A DNA stretch of 64,000 bases from Gammaproteobacteria bacterium (GTDB lineage: Bacteria; Pseudomonadota; Gammaproteobacteria; UBA4575): positions 544,001 through 608,000 of the forward strand of contig CBDCUI010000008.1 of the NCBI GenBank assembly GCA_965222615.1, written 5' to 3'. A program made the translations under genes and the position numbers. The notes below the pieces were generated by a model, which was not told where the DNA came from, did not search any database, and worked only from the letters and a program-made list of their open reading frames with translations. Of the stretch, positions 8,662 to 20,614 are shown piece after piece (the first letter of the stretch is position 1; the number at the start of each line of letters is the position of its first letter).

Positions 8662-9219
8662 GTGATGAAAGTAGTTGTTTATGGTGTGGTATTACTGATC
8701 TTTATGAATATGTCGATAGTTAGTGCAGGCGAAGAAAGTAATACGCCTGAACCGGAAGGCTCTTTAGTGCCGATGGACAATACTCGCTTACATGAGTTGT
8801 TAATGCGGATTGATCCTGATCTTGAAGGGGAGCTAGGTCTGTGGACGATGCGGTTTGAAAACATTCGGGCACGGATAATTACCGATGAGAATGCAGATCG
8901 TATGCGTGTAATTGTGCCAATCGTAAAAGTGAAAGATGTACAGGAAGGGGAACTGCTACGCTTAATGCAAGCAAATTTTGATTCTGCACTGGATGCGCGC
9001 TATTGCATAGCAAATGGAGTGATATGGAGTGCGTTTATACATCCGTTTTCAATTTTATCTGATAAAGAATTGATATCGGGCTTGGCGCAAGCAATAACGG
9101 CTGCCGCTACTTTTGGATCAACCTATAGTTCTGGAGCGTTAATCTTTAAAGGTGGAGATAGTGGCGAAAAGCAGCGCAAATACTATGAGAGTATTGTAGA
9201 GAAAGGTCTAGCTATTTAA
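8662..9219 (+). CDS. Exported hypothetical protein, YbjN / secretion-chaperone-like fold
   Basis: Sec-type signal peptide; DRMRV...LMQANFDSALDARY...WSAFIHP...TFGSTYSS. Confidence 0.55.
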   Translation: MMKVVVYGVVLLIFMNMSIVSAGEESNTPEPEGSLVPMDNTRLHELLMRIDPDLEGELGLWTMRFENIRARIITDENADRMRVIVPIVKVKDVQEGELLRLMQANFDSALDARYCIANGVIWSAFIHPFSILSDKELISGLAQAITAAATFGSTYSSGALIFKGGDSGEKQRKYYESIVEKGLAI

Positions 9220-9223
9220 GCAA

Positions 9224-9299
9224 AAGAAACTCTGATTTATTCTACATACGTCGTTAAAAAATGTCTCAGATGTTTTGTACAAATAAATCAGAGTTTCCT
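9224..9299. repeat. Internally deleted copy of the MITE-like palindromic element
   Basis: Terminal inverted repeats GAAACTCTGATTTATT ... AATAAATCAGAGTTTC, shared with the copies at 24845, 41572 and 45043. Confidence 0.8.
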
Positions 9300-9508
9300 C
9301 AGCTGAGCTCTAAAGTAGAGTGGTGATATAAATTTGAAGCTCGTTTGCACAAACGTTTTCGAATGGCTTCTTGATAATGGTCATCAAATTTGGGCATTTG
9401 AGAAACAGCAGAGATGAGATACCACAATCCATTTTGTTGGCTCATGAAGTAAGAAACCATCTTATTGGCTTCTCGTTTGGCTCTTGCAATAAGGAGTTCG
9501 TCTTCCAT
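9299..9508 (-). CDS. Small hypothetical protein
   Basis: 69 aa ORF preceded by a strong AAGGAG RBS on the minus strand. Confidence 0.55.
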   Translation of the reverse strand: MEDELLIARAKREANKMVSYFMSQQNGLWYLISAVSQMPKFDDHYQEAIRKRLCKRASNLYHHSTLELS

Positions 9509-9694
9509 TGCATTTCTCCTTAGTGGATCTTCAATGAATCGCTATTGTGCACCTGACATATAAAAGAGAGTTAGGCTCCTAGTATTAATGGTGTTAAATA
9601 CCCAAATAAGTGGTGAGATAACATTAATTAGAACGATGAATGGTAAAAAAGTTCCGCTTATAAAACTTATATGCTTTAACTATTGTGAACTCGG

Positions 9695-10450
9695 TCAAGT
9701 TTTCTTTTCTAGGGAAATTGTCTGAGCAGATTGTTTTAATTCGCCAATCCATAAGGCCGTTGCGGCGGCTACTCCTACTGGCATGGCAAAAAAGTTAAGT
9801 ACAGGGACGATTGTCATTACCACTAATGCCATGCCAAAGCCAAGACATACAAAACGGTTTTGCTGTAATAGAGTGAGCTGTTGTTTGAAAGTTAAATTAC
9901 GATTACCCATGGGGTAATCTAAATATTCAATCGCTAATAACCACGCGCCAAAAATAAACCATAGAAATGGTGCGAATACATTTAAACCCGGTATAAGAAA
10001 TAGCAGCAGTAGTGGAAGCACCCGTATTGCCAAGTAAAATAGTTTTTTAAATTCATTTAAAATACCAACACGCGCGCCGCGTAAAAGATCCATATAGCCT
10101 TCGCCGCTGTCTATTTTTTGATGGGATAGATGTTCTTCAATTTTTTCAGATAGCACGCCATTAAATGGGGCACCAAAAATATTGGCGACGAGGGTGAAAG
10201 TGAAAAATACGATCAACAAACTTGCAGCAAAGAAAATAGGCCAGATTAAAACCTCTAGCCATTCAAGCCAGGTGGGTAAATATTGCTCTAAAAGTGTGTC
10301 AAAACGCTTCGATCCATACCAAATTACACCAGAAAATAAAAAAATATTTATTAGTGTGGGGATTACCACATAGCGCTTGATACCCGGCAATTTTAGCAAC
10401 TCAAAACCTTTCAAGACGTAAGCGGCACCTTTAATTGCTTGGGGGATCAT
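9695..10450 (-). CDS. cysZ: Sulfate transporter CysZ
   Basis: EI24/CysZ pattern ANIFGAPFNGVLSEKIE, EYLDYPM, MPVGVAAAT; sits next to queF/smc. Confidence 0.9.
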   Translation of the reverse strand: MIPQAIKGAAYVLKGFELLKLPGIKRYVVIPTLINIFLFSGVIWYGSKRFDTLLEQYLPTWLEWLEVLIWPIFFAASLLIVFFTFTLVANIFGAPFNGVLSEKIEEHLSHQKIDSGEGYMDLLRGARVGILNEFKKLFYLAIRVLPLLLLFLIPGLNVFAPFLWFIFGAWLLAIEYLDYPMGNRNLTFKQQLTLLQQNRFVCLGFGMALVVMTIVPVLNFFAMPVGVAAATALWIGELKQSAQTISLEKKT

Positions 10451-10490
10451 TTTAAGATCTCATTTTAAATCTAGAGGTTGAGTAATATAC

Positions 10491-10889
10491 TTAAAGTGAA
10501 CTGGGAAGAACAACAGGGGTCTGGGCCTGCCAATTTGGTTGGCGATGTTCAACGATTACTTGGGTGTAAATCCCTCCCCGCACATTGAAGTCCGCGGTAA
10601 TTCGCATAAATCGGGGCTTTAGCAATGAGGCAAGATCGCTTAAAATTTCATTAGTTATTGCTTCGTGAAATGCACCTTTGTCTCTAAACGACGTCAAATA
10701 CAATTTGAGAGTCTTAAGTTCTATACATAATTTATCTGGAACGTATTCTATTAATATATCAGCAAAATCGGGTTGTCCCGTTAATGGACACAAGCAGGTA
10801 AATTCTGGAATACGCATACATATTGTATAGTCCGTTTCGCGTTGTGGATTTTCAAAGGTGTCTAAAACTTGTTTTTGGTTATTAGTCAT
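10491..10889 (-). CDS. queF: NADPH-dependent preQ0 reductase QueF (type I)
   Basis: [32 protein letters not shown]. Confidence 0.95.
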   Translation of the reverse strand: MTNNQKQVLDTFENPQRETDYTICMRIPEFTCLCPLTGQPDFADILIEYVPDKLCIELKTLKLYLTSFRDKGAFHEAITNEILSDLASLLKPRFMRITADFNVRGGIYTQVIVEHRQPNWQAQTPVVLPSSL

Positions 10890-10940
10890 TGGCTTTTAAT
10901 TTTAATTTATCAATAAGCATATTCTAACGAAATAGCAACG

Positions 10941-13900
10941 ATGCGGCTCAGTTCTATAAAAATGTCGGGGTTTAAGTCATTCGTAGACCCGACTTCGTTG
11001 GTATTTCCTACATCTATGGTTGGTATTGTTGGCCCTAATGGTTGTGGTAAATCCAATATCATCGATGCAGTGCGCTGGGTGATGGGGGAAAGCAGTAAGC
11101 ATATCCGTGGAGATACTATGGAAGATGTCATTTTTAATGGCTCTTCTACGCGCAAACCTGTAGGTCAGGCGTCTATCGAACTTCTTTTTGATAACAGTGA
11201 TGGCAAATTAGGTGGAGAATATTCTGCCTATAATGAAATTTCAGTACGTCGACAGGTTACACGTGATGGGCAATCAAAATATTTTCTAAATGGCACAAAG
11301 TGTCGGCGCAAAGATATCGTAGGTTTATTCTTAGGTACCGGTTTAGGTCCACGTAGTTATGCAATTATTGAACAGGGCATGATCTCAAGGCTGATTGATG
11401 CCAAACCTGATGAGTTGCGTGTTTATCTAGAAGAGGCCGCGGGTATATCGAAATATAAAGAACGACGTCGTGAAACCGAGAACCGAATACGGCACACGCG
11501 TGAGAATTTGGATCGCCTCAATGATGTTATTGAAGAAATCACAAAACGCATTGAGCACTTACAGCGCCAAGCTAAGGCGGCTGAACGCTATAAGGTGTTA
11601 AAGGCTGAAGAACGGCAAGCTAAAACAGAACTGTTGGCATTACGTTGGCAGTCGCATCAAGAGGAAGTACAGCAACGTAAAGATTCTGCGGAGCATAAGC
11701 AAACCGAAATAGAAAAAGTGATGGCGGATATTCGTGCGATAGAAGCTGAAATTGAAAAGTTACGTCAACAACATGCCGGAGAAACTGAAAAGTTTAATGA
11801 AATTCAGGGCAGTTATTATAAATTGGGCGGTGAAATTTCCCGAGTTGAACAATCTATCCACCATGTAAAAGAACTCAACAGCCGTTATGACGAAGAATTG
11901 GCAGAGGTTCAACAGGCATGGGCGCAGGCAGAACAAGCATTGCTTGACGAACAAGCCAAAGCTGCTGAGTTGGAAACGAAAATTGCGGAAACAGAACCAA
12001 AATTAAATTCTGCGCGTGATCAGTTGACTTCAAATACCCAAAAGCTTAGTGATGCTGAAGAAAAGATGGCGGTTTGGCAAGAGGCATGGGAAGAGCTTTC
12101 TGCAAAAATGGCTGAGCCTACCCAGACGGTTGAAATTGAAGCTTCGCGTATTGAATATTTGGAAGAGCGCTTAGAACAGCTAGCCGATCGCAAAGACAAA
12201 CTGCTTGAAGATCAGCACCAGTTTAACAAACATAAATCTTCTCTTGAATCTAAGGATCTTGCATCGCGTGTCGATGAAACCAGTACTGCCTTACGCAGCA
12301 TATCCCCTCAAATGCTTGAGTTGAATAAGAGTATTAGTGCGGGTCGTGATAAAAGACAAAAGCTAACCATGGAATTAGAACAGGCGCGTGAGAAATTGCA
12401 GTCTGTACAAACGCAGCTTACTTCGTTACAGGCACTGCAACGAGTAGTTTTAGGTGAGGAAGGCAAAGCAGTAAGTCGGTGGTTGGAGCAAAAGGGTTTG
12501 CATAAGGCACCGCGCTTGATGGATAAACTTAAAACTGAACCTGGTTGGGAAGCTGCAGTGGAAACCGTATTGGGTGATTATTTAGAGGCTGTGTGTGTGC
12601 AAGACATTGAGCAGACAGCAAATTCATTGGATGGCATCAAGACTGGAAGATTGATGATGTTGGATCAAGAGACTGCGAGGCAGACTGTTGATACTGAAGG
12701 CACACTGGCATCGAAAGTTAAGGCACCGGTTGATTTAACTGAACTGCTTGGAGGGGTGTTGATAGCCGGCACGATCAATAGTGCTTTTAACAAGCGAGCA
12801 AGTCTGCAGCCAGGGCAATCCGTTATTACCAAAAATGGTATTTGGATGGGTACAAACTGGTTGCGTATTTCCCGCATTGCCGCGAATAAAGGTAATGTAT
12901 TGCAGCGTAAGCGAGAAATTCAGCATTTAGAAAAAGCTATCACGTCACAGCAGGCAGTAATTGATCAATTAGCTGCAGAATTGGAAGTTTGTGAAGAGCA
13001 GCTGTACAAGAAGGAAAATGAAAGAGATCATGTGCAGCAAAATTATACAGATGCACAAAAGCAGCACGCGCAGGCTGAAGCAGAAATGGCAGGTTGGGAG
13101 AGTGAACAAGAACATGTAATCCGCCAGGAAGAACAGTTACGTGACTATCTGGATGAAGTAAATCATCAAATTAAACAAGCTGAGGAAGAATTAGATGAGT
13201 CGGTTGAAGCTAAAGAGCAAGCAGAAATTGTGCTTGAAGAATTTAGCGAAGATCGGGATGCTTTAATAAAACAACGTGACGATACCGTATTTAATTTGGA
13301 TGGTGCACGTAGTGAAGAAGTTGAGCGGCGTGAATCATCACATCGGCTTGCGCTTAATTTAGAATCTTATCGAAGTTCATTAAATGCAACACAGACTTCT
13401 CTTTCAAGAATGAAAGAACACGTCGAACAATTACAGCAACGTAGTGAATCTTTACAAACTTCTATTCAAGAAGGGAATGCGCCACTTGAAGAACTCAATC
13501 AGCAATTAAAAGAATTTGTCGATCAACGCGTCAAGATTGAACACGATTTAACAGATGCAAGAAATACGGTTCAAAAAACAGATGATACCATCCGTAGCAA
13601 GCAGGAACGAAATGTAGAAACTCAACGCAAGCTAGAAGAACTGCGGAATGAACTGAATGATTTACAGTTAGCTTGGCAAGAAGCAAATGTGCGTAGTACT
13701 ACTATAAAAGAGCAACTCGATGAATATGATGTTTCACTTAATTCCTTATTGAAACAAATTCTAGAAGATGCCTCGCTTGCAGAGTGGGAAGAAAAAGTAC
13801 AGTCACTAGAGCGTAAGATCACTCGCTTAGGACCAATTAATCTTGCCGCGATTGGTGAATTTGAAGAACATAATGAGCGTAAAGAATATTTGGATCATCA

Positions 13901-14444
13901 ACACGAAGATCTCATTAATGCATTAGAAACACTTGAAAATGCAATTCGAAAAATCGATAAAGAAACTAAAGATCGTTTTAAAGATATATTTGAAAATGTG
14001 AATACCCATTTGCAGGGGATGTATCCACGATTATTTGGTGGTGGCAAGGCATTTTTAGAAATGACGGGTGATGACTTGTTGACAACTGGGGTATCCATCA
14101 TGGCGCGCCCACCAGGTAAGCGACTATCTTCAATTCAACTATTGTCAGGTGGTGAAAAGGCGCTTACTGCCGTGGCATTAGTATTTTCGTTATTTGAACT
14201 GAACCCAGCTCCATTTTGTCTACTAGATGAGGTGGATGCACCCTTGGATGATGCCAATGTCACGCGTTTTTGTGAGTTGTTGAAAGATATGAGTGACCGC
14301 GTGCAGTTTATATACATCACCCATAATAAGAGCACTATGGAATACGCAAATCAATTATTAGGGATCACTATGAATGAACCTGGCGTATCTCGAATAGTGT
14401 CTGTAGATGTTGAGGCAGCTGCTGAAATGGTAGCTGCATCATAA
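10941..14444 (+). CDS. smc: Chromosome segregation protein SMC
   Basis: Walker A GPNGCGKSN, coiled coils, hinge, LSGGEK, LDEVDAPLD. Confidence 0.98.
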   Translation: MRLSSIKMSGFKSFVDPTSLVFPTSMVGIVGPNGCGKSNIIDAVRWVMGESSKHIRGDTMEDVIFNGSSTRKPVGQASIELLFDNSDGKLGGEYSAYNEISVRRQVTRDGQSKYFLNGTKCRRKDIVGLFLGTGLGPRSYAIIEQGMISRLIDAKPDELRVYLEEAAGISKYKERRRETENRIRHTRENLDRLNDVIEEITKRIEHLQRQAKAAERYKVLKAEERQAKTELLALRWQSHQEEVQQRKDSAEHKQTEIEKVMADIRAIEAEIEKLRQQHAGETEKFNEIQGSYYKLGGEISRVEQSIHHVKELNSRYDEELAEVQQAWAQAEQALLDEQAKAAELETKIAETEPKLNSARDQLTSNTQKLSDAEEKMAVWQEAWEELSAKMAEPTQTVEIEASRIEYLEERLEQLADRKDKLLEDQHQFNKHKSSLESKDLASRVDETSTALRSISPQMLELNKSISAGRDKRQKLTMELEQAREKLQSVQTQLTSLQALQRVVLGEEGKAVSRWLEQKGLHKAPRLMDKLKTEPGWEAAVETVLGDYLEAVCVQDIEQTANSLDGIKTGRLMMLDQETARQTVDTEGTLASKVKAPVDLTELLGGVLIAGTINSAFNKRASLQPGQSVITKNGIWMGTNWLRISRIAANKGNVLQRKREIQHLEKAITSQQAVIDQLAAELEVCEEQLYKKENERDHVQQNYTDAQKQHAQAEAEMAGWESEQEHVIRQEEQLRDYLDEVNHQIKQAEEELDESVEAKEQAEIVLEEFSEDRDALIKQRDDTVFNLDGARSEEVERRESSHRLALNLESYRSSLNATQTSLSRMKEHVEQLQQRSESLQTSIQEGNAPLEELNQQLKEFVDQRVKIEHDLTDARNTVQKTDDTIRSKQERNVETQRKLEELRNELNDLQLAWQEANVRSTTIKEQLDEYDVSLNSLLKQILEDASLAEWEEKVQSLERKITRLGPINLAAIGEFEEHNERKEYLDHQHEDLINALETLENAIRKIDKETKDRFKDIFENVNTHLQGMYPRLFGGGKAFLEMTGDDLLTTGVSIMARPPGKRLSSIQLLSGGEKALTAVALVFSLFELNPAPFCLLDEVDAPLDDANVTRFCELLKDMSDRVQFIYITHNKSTMEYANQLLGITMNEPGVSRIVSVDVEAAAEMVAAS

Positions 14445-14487
14445 TTTTCTACTGTTAACTATATTTGCGCACACACATGCGAACCAT

Positions 14488-15249
14488 ATGGCGATAGAAC
14501 TTCGTATAGCATTATTACTGGTAGGACTGGCAGTGTTGGCCGGATTGTATTTTTTTGGTAAAGCAAAACGAATTTCGCATAAGAAAGAAGACCTTGATTT
14601 CAATTTTGAGGCAGATAAGTTTCTTGATGTGCTTGAAATTGATCAAGCCCTAGAGCTTGATGCGGAAGAAAATCAGGAAGCTATAAAAGAGATAAGTGAT
14701 TTAGTCCATGAAGATATAGTTGAATCGCCAAGGACCAAGAAATCAACATTAAGACATCAACCAAGCTTGTTGGATCAAAAAGCGGAAAAAGAAGTAGAGC
14801 AAGAGCAAGAGCAAGAAGAAAAACTTGTAGTTTTGCATGTTGTAGCAAAGCGTCCACAGAAATTTAATGGTAAGGGGATTATCAATCTCACAAAAGAACT
14901 AGATATTGAATATAGAGATAACCATATATTTCAAAAGAGTGTTGAACGTTTTAGTGGCAAGAAAGCACTCTATATTATTTTAAATGTGGTTAAGCCTGGC
15001 ACATTTGAGTTGGATGCGATGCATCAATTTGAGACACCTGGGATCAGTTTTGTGATGAATTTACCTGGTCCGGAAGAAGGATTAAAGGCATTTAATATAA
15101 TGCTTGAAGACGCAAGAAAATTTGCCGAGCGACTAAATGGCGATATTCTTGACGAGTCACGTAATAAACTTAGCCCACAAACTATTGCGCATCTGCAAGA
15201 AGAAGTACAACTTTTCAGTTTAAAAAATTCACGTAGCGTTCATAGTTGA
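14488..15249 (+). CDS. zipA: Cell division protein ZipA
   Basis: N-terminal TM and C-terminal FtsZ-binding domain (N.VKPGTF, TPGISF); smc-zipA-ligA synteny. Confidence 0.9.
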   Translation: MAIELRIALLLVGLAVLAGLYFFGKAKRISHKKEDLDFNFEADKFLDVLEIDQALELDAEENQEAIKEISDLVHEDIVESPRTKKSTLRHQPSLLDQKAEKEVEQEQEQEEKLVVLHVVAKRPQKFNGKGIINLTKELDIEYRDNHIFQKSVERFSGKKALYIILNVVKPGTFELDAMHQFETPGISFVMNLPGPEEGLKAFNIMLEDARKFAERLNGDILDESRNKLSPQTIAHLQEEVQLFSLKNSRSVHS

Positions 15250-15300
15250 TTGTAATCGTTGCAGTTCAAAGCAATGTGAATTTCTTGCGTTTTATTCTAA

Positions 15301-17340
<2,040 letters not shown>

Positions 17341-17361
17341 ATAAATGGGCAGCGCTGAAGT

Positions 17362-17742
17362 ATGAAAAAAATCGAGCGCAGAGCAATACCACGATACCAC
17401 GTTAAGCTAGCAGTTGATGTAACTTTAGATAATTCGACGATTCAAGGAGGTACTTCCGCTGAGGCATCGTTTGCTGGAATTCAGATTGTGTGTGAAGGCC
17501 CCATTGCAGGTAAATTACTTAATAAGTATATACAAGTTACTCCTGGGAAAAACCTTATAGCAAAACTGCAAATTAAAATTCTAAATAAAAATGGGATTTA
17601 TCAAATTATTACTTGTGGGGCTCGTGTAGTTTCAGTAAATCGCATTTCTCAAAGCAGCTATAAGGTTGGCTTTAACTTTTTGGAATTTGAGGAAGGCGAT
17701 GAAGTATATTGGCAAAATTTTATCTCTACTTTAAGGGGTTAG
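17362..17742 (+). CDS. PilZ-domain protein
   Basis: ERRAIPR (RxxxR) followed by a S..GI motif; C-terminal VGFNF. Confidence 0.75.
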   Translation: MKKIERRAIPRYHVKLAVDVTLDNSTIQGGTSAEASFAGIQIVCEGPIAGKLLNKYIQVTPGKNLIAKLQIKILNKNGIYQIITCGARVVSVNRISQSSYKVGFNFLEFEEGDEVYWQNFISTLRG

Positions 17743-17872
17743 TCATAGTCAAATCGCTAAAGTAAAAATCTACATTTTTTGCGTATCTACTGCGTCTAGC
17801 TAATTTGTTAAGCACTATAATGATTTTTTCTATAGTATTGGTTTTAATTTGAATTTAGTAAAGTAATACAAC

Positions 17873-18628
17873 TTGTCAAATATTCACCCAACTGCAGTGA
17901 TATCTCCTAAAGCTGAGATCGACAGCGATGTAAAAATCGGGCCCTATAGTGTGATTGAGGATCACGTGGTAATAGGGTCTGGCACAGAAATTGGGCCGCA
18001 ATGTGTTGTGCACGCCTTTGTTAAACTCGGTGTAAATAATCAACTACATGCACAAGTCATTATCGGTGGCTTACCTCAGGATATAACTTTCTCAGGTGAA
18101 GAGACTTGGGTTGAGATCGGTAATCAAAACATCATTCGAGAAAATTGCACCATACATCGTTCTACCAATCCAACTAGTCCAACTCGTATTGGCTCTAATT
18201 GTTTTTTAATGAGCTACTCACACGTGGCACATGATTGCCAGTTGGGCGATGAAGTCGTGCTCACGGCATATGTAGGCCTAAGCGGTCATGTAGAAATCGG
18301 AGATAAAGCAAATCTAGGTGGACATGTAGGCACACACCAGTTTATTCGCATTGGCACGTTGTCGATGGTTGCTGGTTACACGCCGGTGCGCAAAGATGTT
18401 ATGCCGTATTGTTTGCTTGGAGGTGATCCAGTACGACATTATCGATTAAATACGATTGGTTTGCGTCGTGCAGGGATAAAAGGTGAGCGTTATCGAAAAT
18501 TAGAAAGCGCATTTCGACAAATGCGTGAAGGCAAGGCTATAGACGATCTTGATGGTACGCCTGAAATTGATCATCTTCGAAACTGGATGTCTGCCCCATC
18601 AAAGCGTGGTGTGTATGGGTTTTTGTAG
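17873..18628 (+). CDS. lpxA: Acyl-ACP--UDP-GlcNAc O-acyltransferase (LpxA family)
   Basis: IHPTAVI hexapeptide repeats, PQD, IRE.CTIHR, SHVAHDC, HQF, LN.IGLRR. Confidence 0.88.
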   Translation: MSNIHPTAVISPKAEIDSDVKIGPYSVIEDHVVIGSGTEIGPQCVVHAFVKLGVNNQLHAQVIIGGLPQDITFSGEETWVEIGNQNIIRENCTIHRSTNPTSPTRIGSNCFLMSYSHVAHDCQLGDEVVLTAYVGLSGHVEIGDKANLGGHVGTHQFIRIGTLSMVAGYTPVRKDVMPYCLLGGDPVRHYRLNTIGLRRAGIKGERYRKLESAFRQMREGKAIDDLDGTPEIDHLRNWMSAPSKRGVYGFL

Positions 18629-18694
18629 ATTTTAGAAGGCCCTGGATGAAGCAGAGATTCTTTTATTTTATCTGTGATATGTGGTTAAAAAATA

Positions 18695-19210
18695 GTGTTT
18701 AAACTCGTAAAAGATTTTTTCAATATATGTTTATTACGAGGCGGTCCTGAAGAGCTGCCATATTCTTATGTCCTTTTAGGTGTGACTATCGTTGTAAATG
18801 TTTTTCTTTCGGTTTTAATTGGATCTATGATCCACAATTTAAAACTCGCTGGTTTGACAAGTATAGCTGCATTATTTTTCTCATTTGTATTTGTAAAGTT
18901 GTTATTGCATAAAAAGCCAGAACGTTTTGTGCAAACATTTAGTGCCATGTTAGGCGTGGATGCCATTATTAGTATTATTTCACTACCGAGTGTTTATTCA
19001 TTGGCATATTTAAAACCTGGGGAAACTGCAATTATGTTTTTCAATTTAACTGGTTTTGCACTATTGGTATGGGTTGTGATTGTCTATGGATATATTTTTA
19101 GTAAAGCCTTGTCGTCGATGATGGGTTATGGAGTAGCCATTAGCGTTGGTTATGCATTACTGACTATCATGATTATTGAATTTATTGTGGCAGGAAATAC
19201 AGTTACATAA
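18695..19210 (+). CDS. Conserved inner-membrane protein
   Basis: About 5 TM segments, LLRGGPEELPYS, RFVQT; translationally coupled to mpl. Confidence 0.7.
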   Translation: MFKLVKDFFNICLLRGGPEELPYSYVLLGVTIVVNVFLSVLIGSMIHNLKLAGLTSIAALFFSFVFVKLLLHKKPERFVQTFSAMLGVDAIISIISLPSVYSLAYLKPGETAIMFFNLTGFALLVWVVIVYGYIFSKALSSMMGYGVAISVGYALLTIMIIEFIVAGNTVT

Positions 19211-20592
19211 TGCATATTCATATATTAGGGATTTGTGGCACCTTCATGGGAAGTCTAGCAATCATTGCTAAACAACTTGGCCATGAAGTATCGGGTTCGG
19301 ATATCAATGTTTATCCGCCTATGAGTACGCAACTTGAAATGGCGGGTATCGAACTCAAACCAGGCTATTCAGTTGATCATTTATTTCCAATGCCCGATCA
19401 GATCATTGTGGGTAACGTCATTGCACGGGGCAATGAAATTGCAGAGTATCTACTTAATAACTATATACCATTTACTTCTGGCCCCGCCTGGCTACATGAG
19501 CACGTCCTACAGAACCGCTGGGTGCTTGCTGTTGCAGGTACGCATGGTAAGACCACGACTACCAGTATGCTGGCGTGGATTCTTGAGTCGGCAGGATTAC
19601 AGCCTGGTTTTCTAATTGGAGGGGTACCCGAAAATTTTGAGTTTTCGTCCCGATTGGGGGATTCTAAGTATTTTGTCATTGAAGCCGACGAGTATGACAC
19701 GGCTTTTTTTGATAAGCGGTCTAAATTTGTACACTACTGTCCCCATACCCTCACATTAAATAACTTAGAATTTGATCATGCCGATATATTTAATGATATC
19801 GATGACGTAAAGCGACAATTCCATCATTTACTACGAATAATGCCGAGCGAAGGAAGATTGATCGTGAATCATGATGATCCAAATATTAAAGATGTAATGA
19901 ACATGGGATGTTGGACACCAGTTGAATCTTTTTCCGTAACAGATCGTACCGCAACGTGGTTTGCAGGTGATATTGATCTGCGTAGTTCGCAATTTGCGCT
20001 GCAACATTTTGGTAGACCACGTGGGATCGGGGCATTGAGCTTGTTTGGCCGACATAATATCGCTAATGCGCTTGCGGCAATCGCAGCAGCACAGCATGCC
20101 GGCGTAGAAGTCGAAGAAGCATTACAAGCATTGGCATCTTTTTCTGGTGTTAAACGTCGCTTGGAACACAAAGGGACATTTGATCAAATTAGTGTATATG
20201 ATGATTTTGCTCATCATCCAACAGAAATCGCTGCCACTATATCGGCATTCAAAGAGCAACGTCCACAAGGGCGTATCGTTACAGTTTTTGAACCTAGATC
20301 AAATACTATGCGACTTGGTATACATGGCGATCAGCTAGCGAATGCATTTAAAGATGCGGATAAAGTATTTATGTATGAGCCTGAAGATATTGAATGGTCG
20401 CTGCAAGAAGTTGCAAACCAAATGCAACCAGAATGTAAAGTTTCCTCAAAGGTAGAGCAAATAATTGCAGATCTACTGAGTGAAGTAAATAAAGGCGATA
20501 ATATTTTAATTTTAAGTAATGGTAGTTTCGATGGTTTATCTGCAAAGCTTATTTTGCAGTTATCGAACCGCGAATCATCAGCATTACACTAA
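19210..20592 (+). CDS. mpl: Murein peptide ligase Mpl
   Basis: MHIHILGICGTFMG, GTHGKTTT, EADEYDTAFFDKRSKF, DDFAHHPT, FEPRSNTM. Confidence 0.97.
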   Translation: MHIHILGICGTFMGSLAIIAKQLGHEVSGSDINVYPPMSTQLEMAGIELKPGYSVDHLFPMPDQIIVGNVIARGNEIAEYLLNNYIPFTSGPAWLHEHVLQNRWVLAVAGTHGKTTTTSMLAWILESAGLQPGFLIGGVPENFEFSSRLGDSKYFVIEADEYDTAFFDKRSKFVHYCPHTLTLNNLEFDHADIFNDIDDVKRQFHHLLRIMPSEGRLIVNHDDPNIKDVMNMGCWTPVESFSVTDRTATWFAGDIDLRSSQFALQHFGRPRGIGALSLFGRHNIANALAAIAAAQHAGVEVEEALQALASFSGVKRRLEHKGTFDQISVYDDFAHHPTEIAATISAFKEQRPQGRIVTVFEPRSNTMRLGIHGDQLANAFKDADKVFMYEPEDIEWSLQEVANQMQPECKVSSKVEQIIADLLSEVNKGDNILILSNGSFDGLSAKLILQLSNRESSALH

Positions 20593-20614
20593 ATCATCTT
20601 TTTAACAAACCATA

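Noticed and set aside
14797-14820. GAGCAA tandem repeat in zipA
   Set aside because: In-frame low-complexity sequence in a normally variable linker; not a phase switch.
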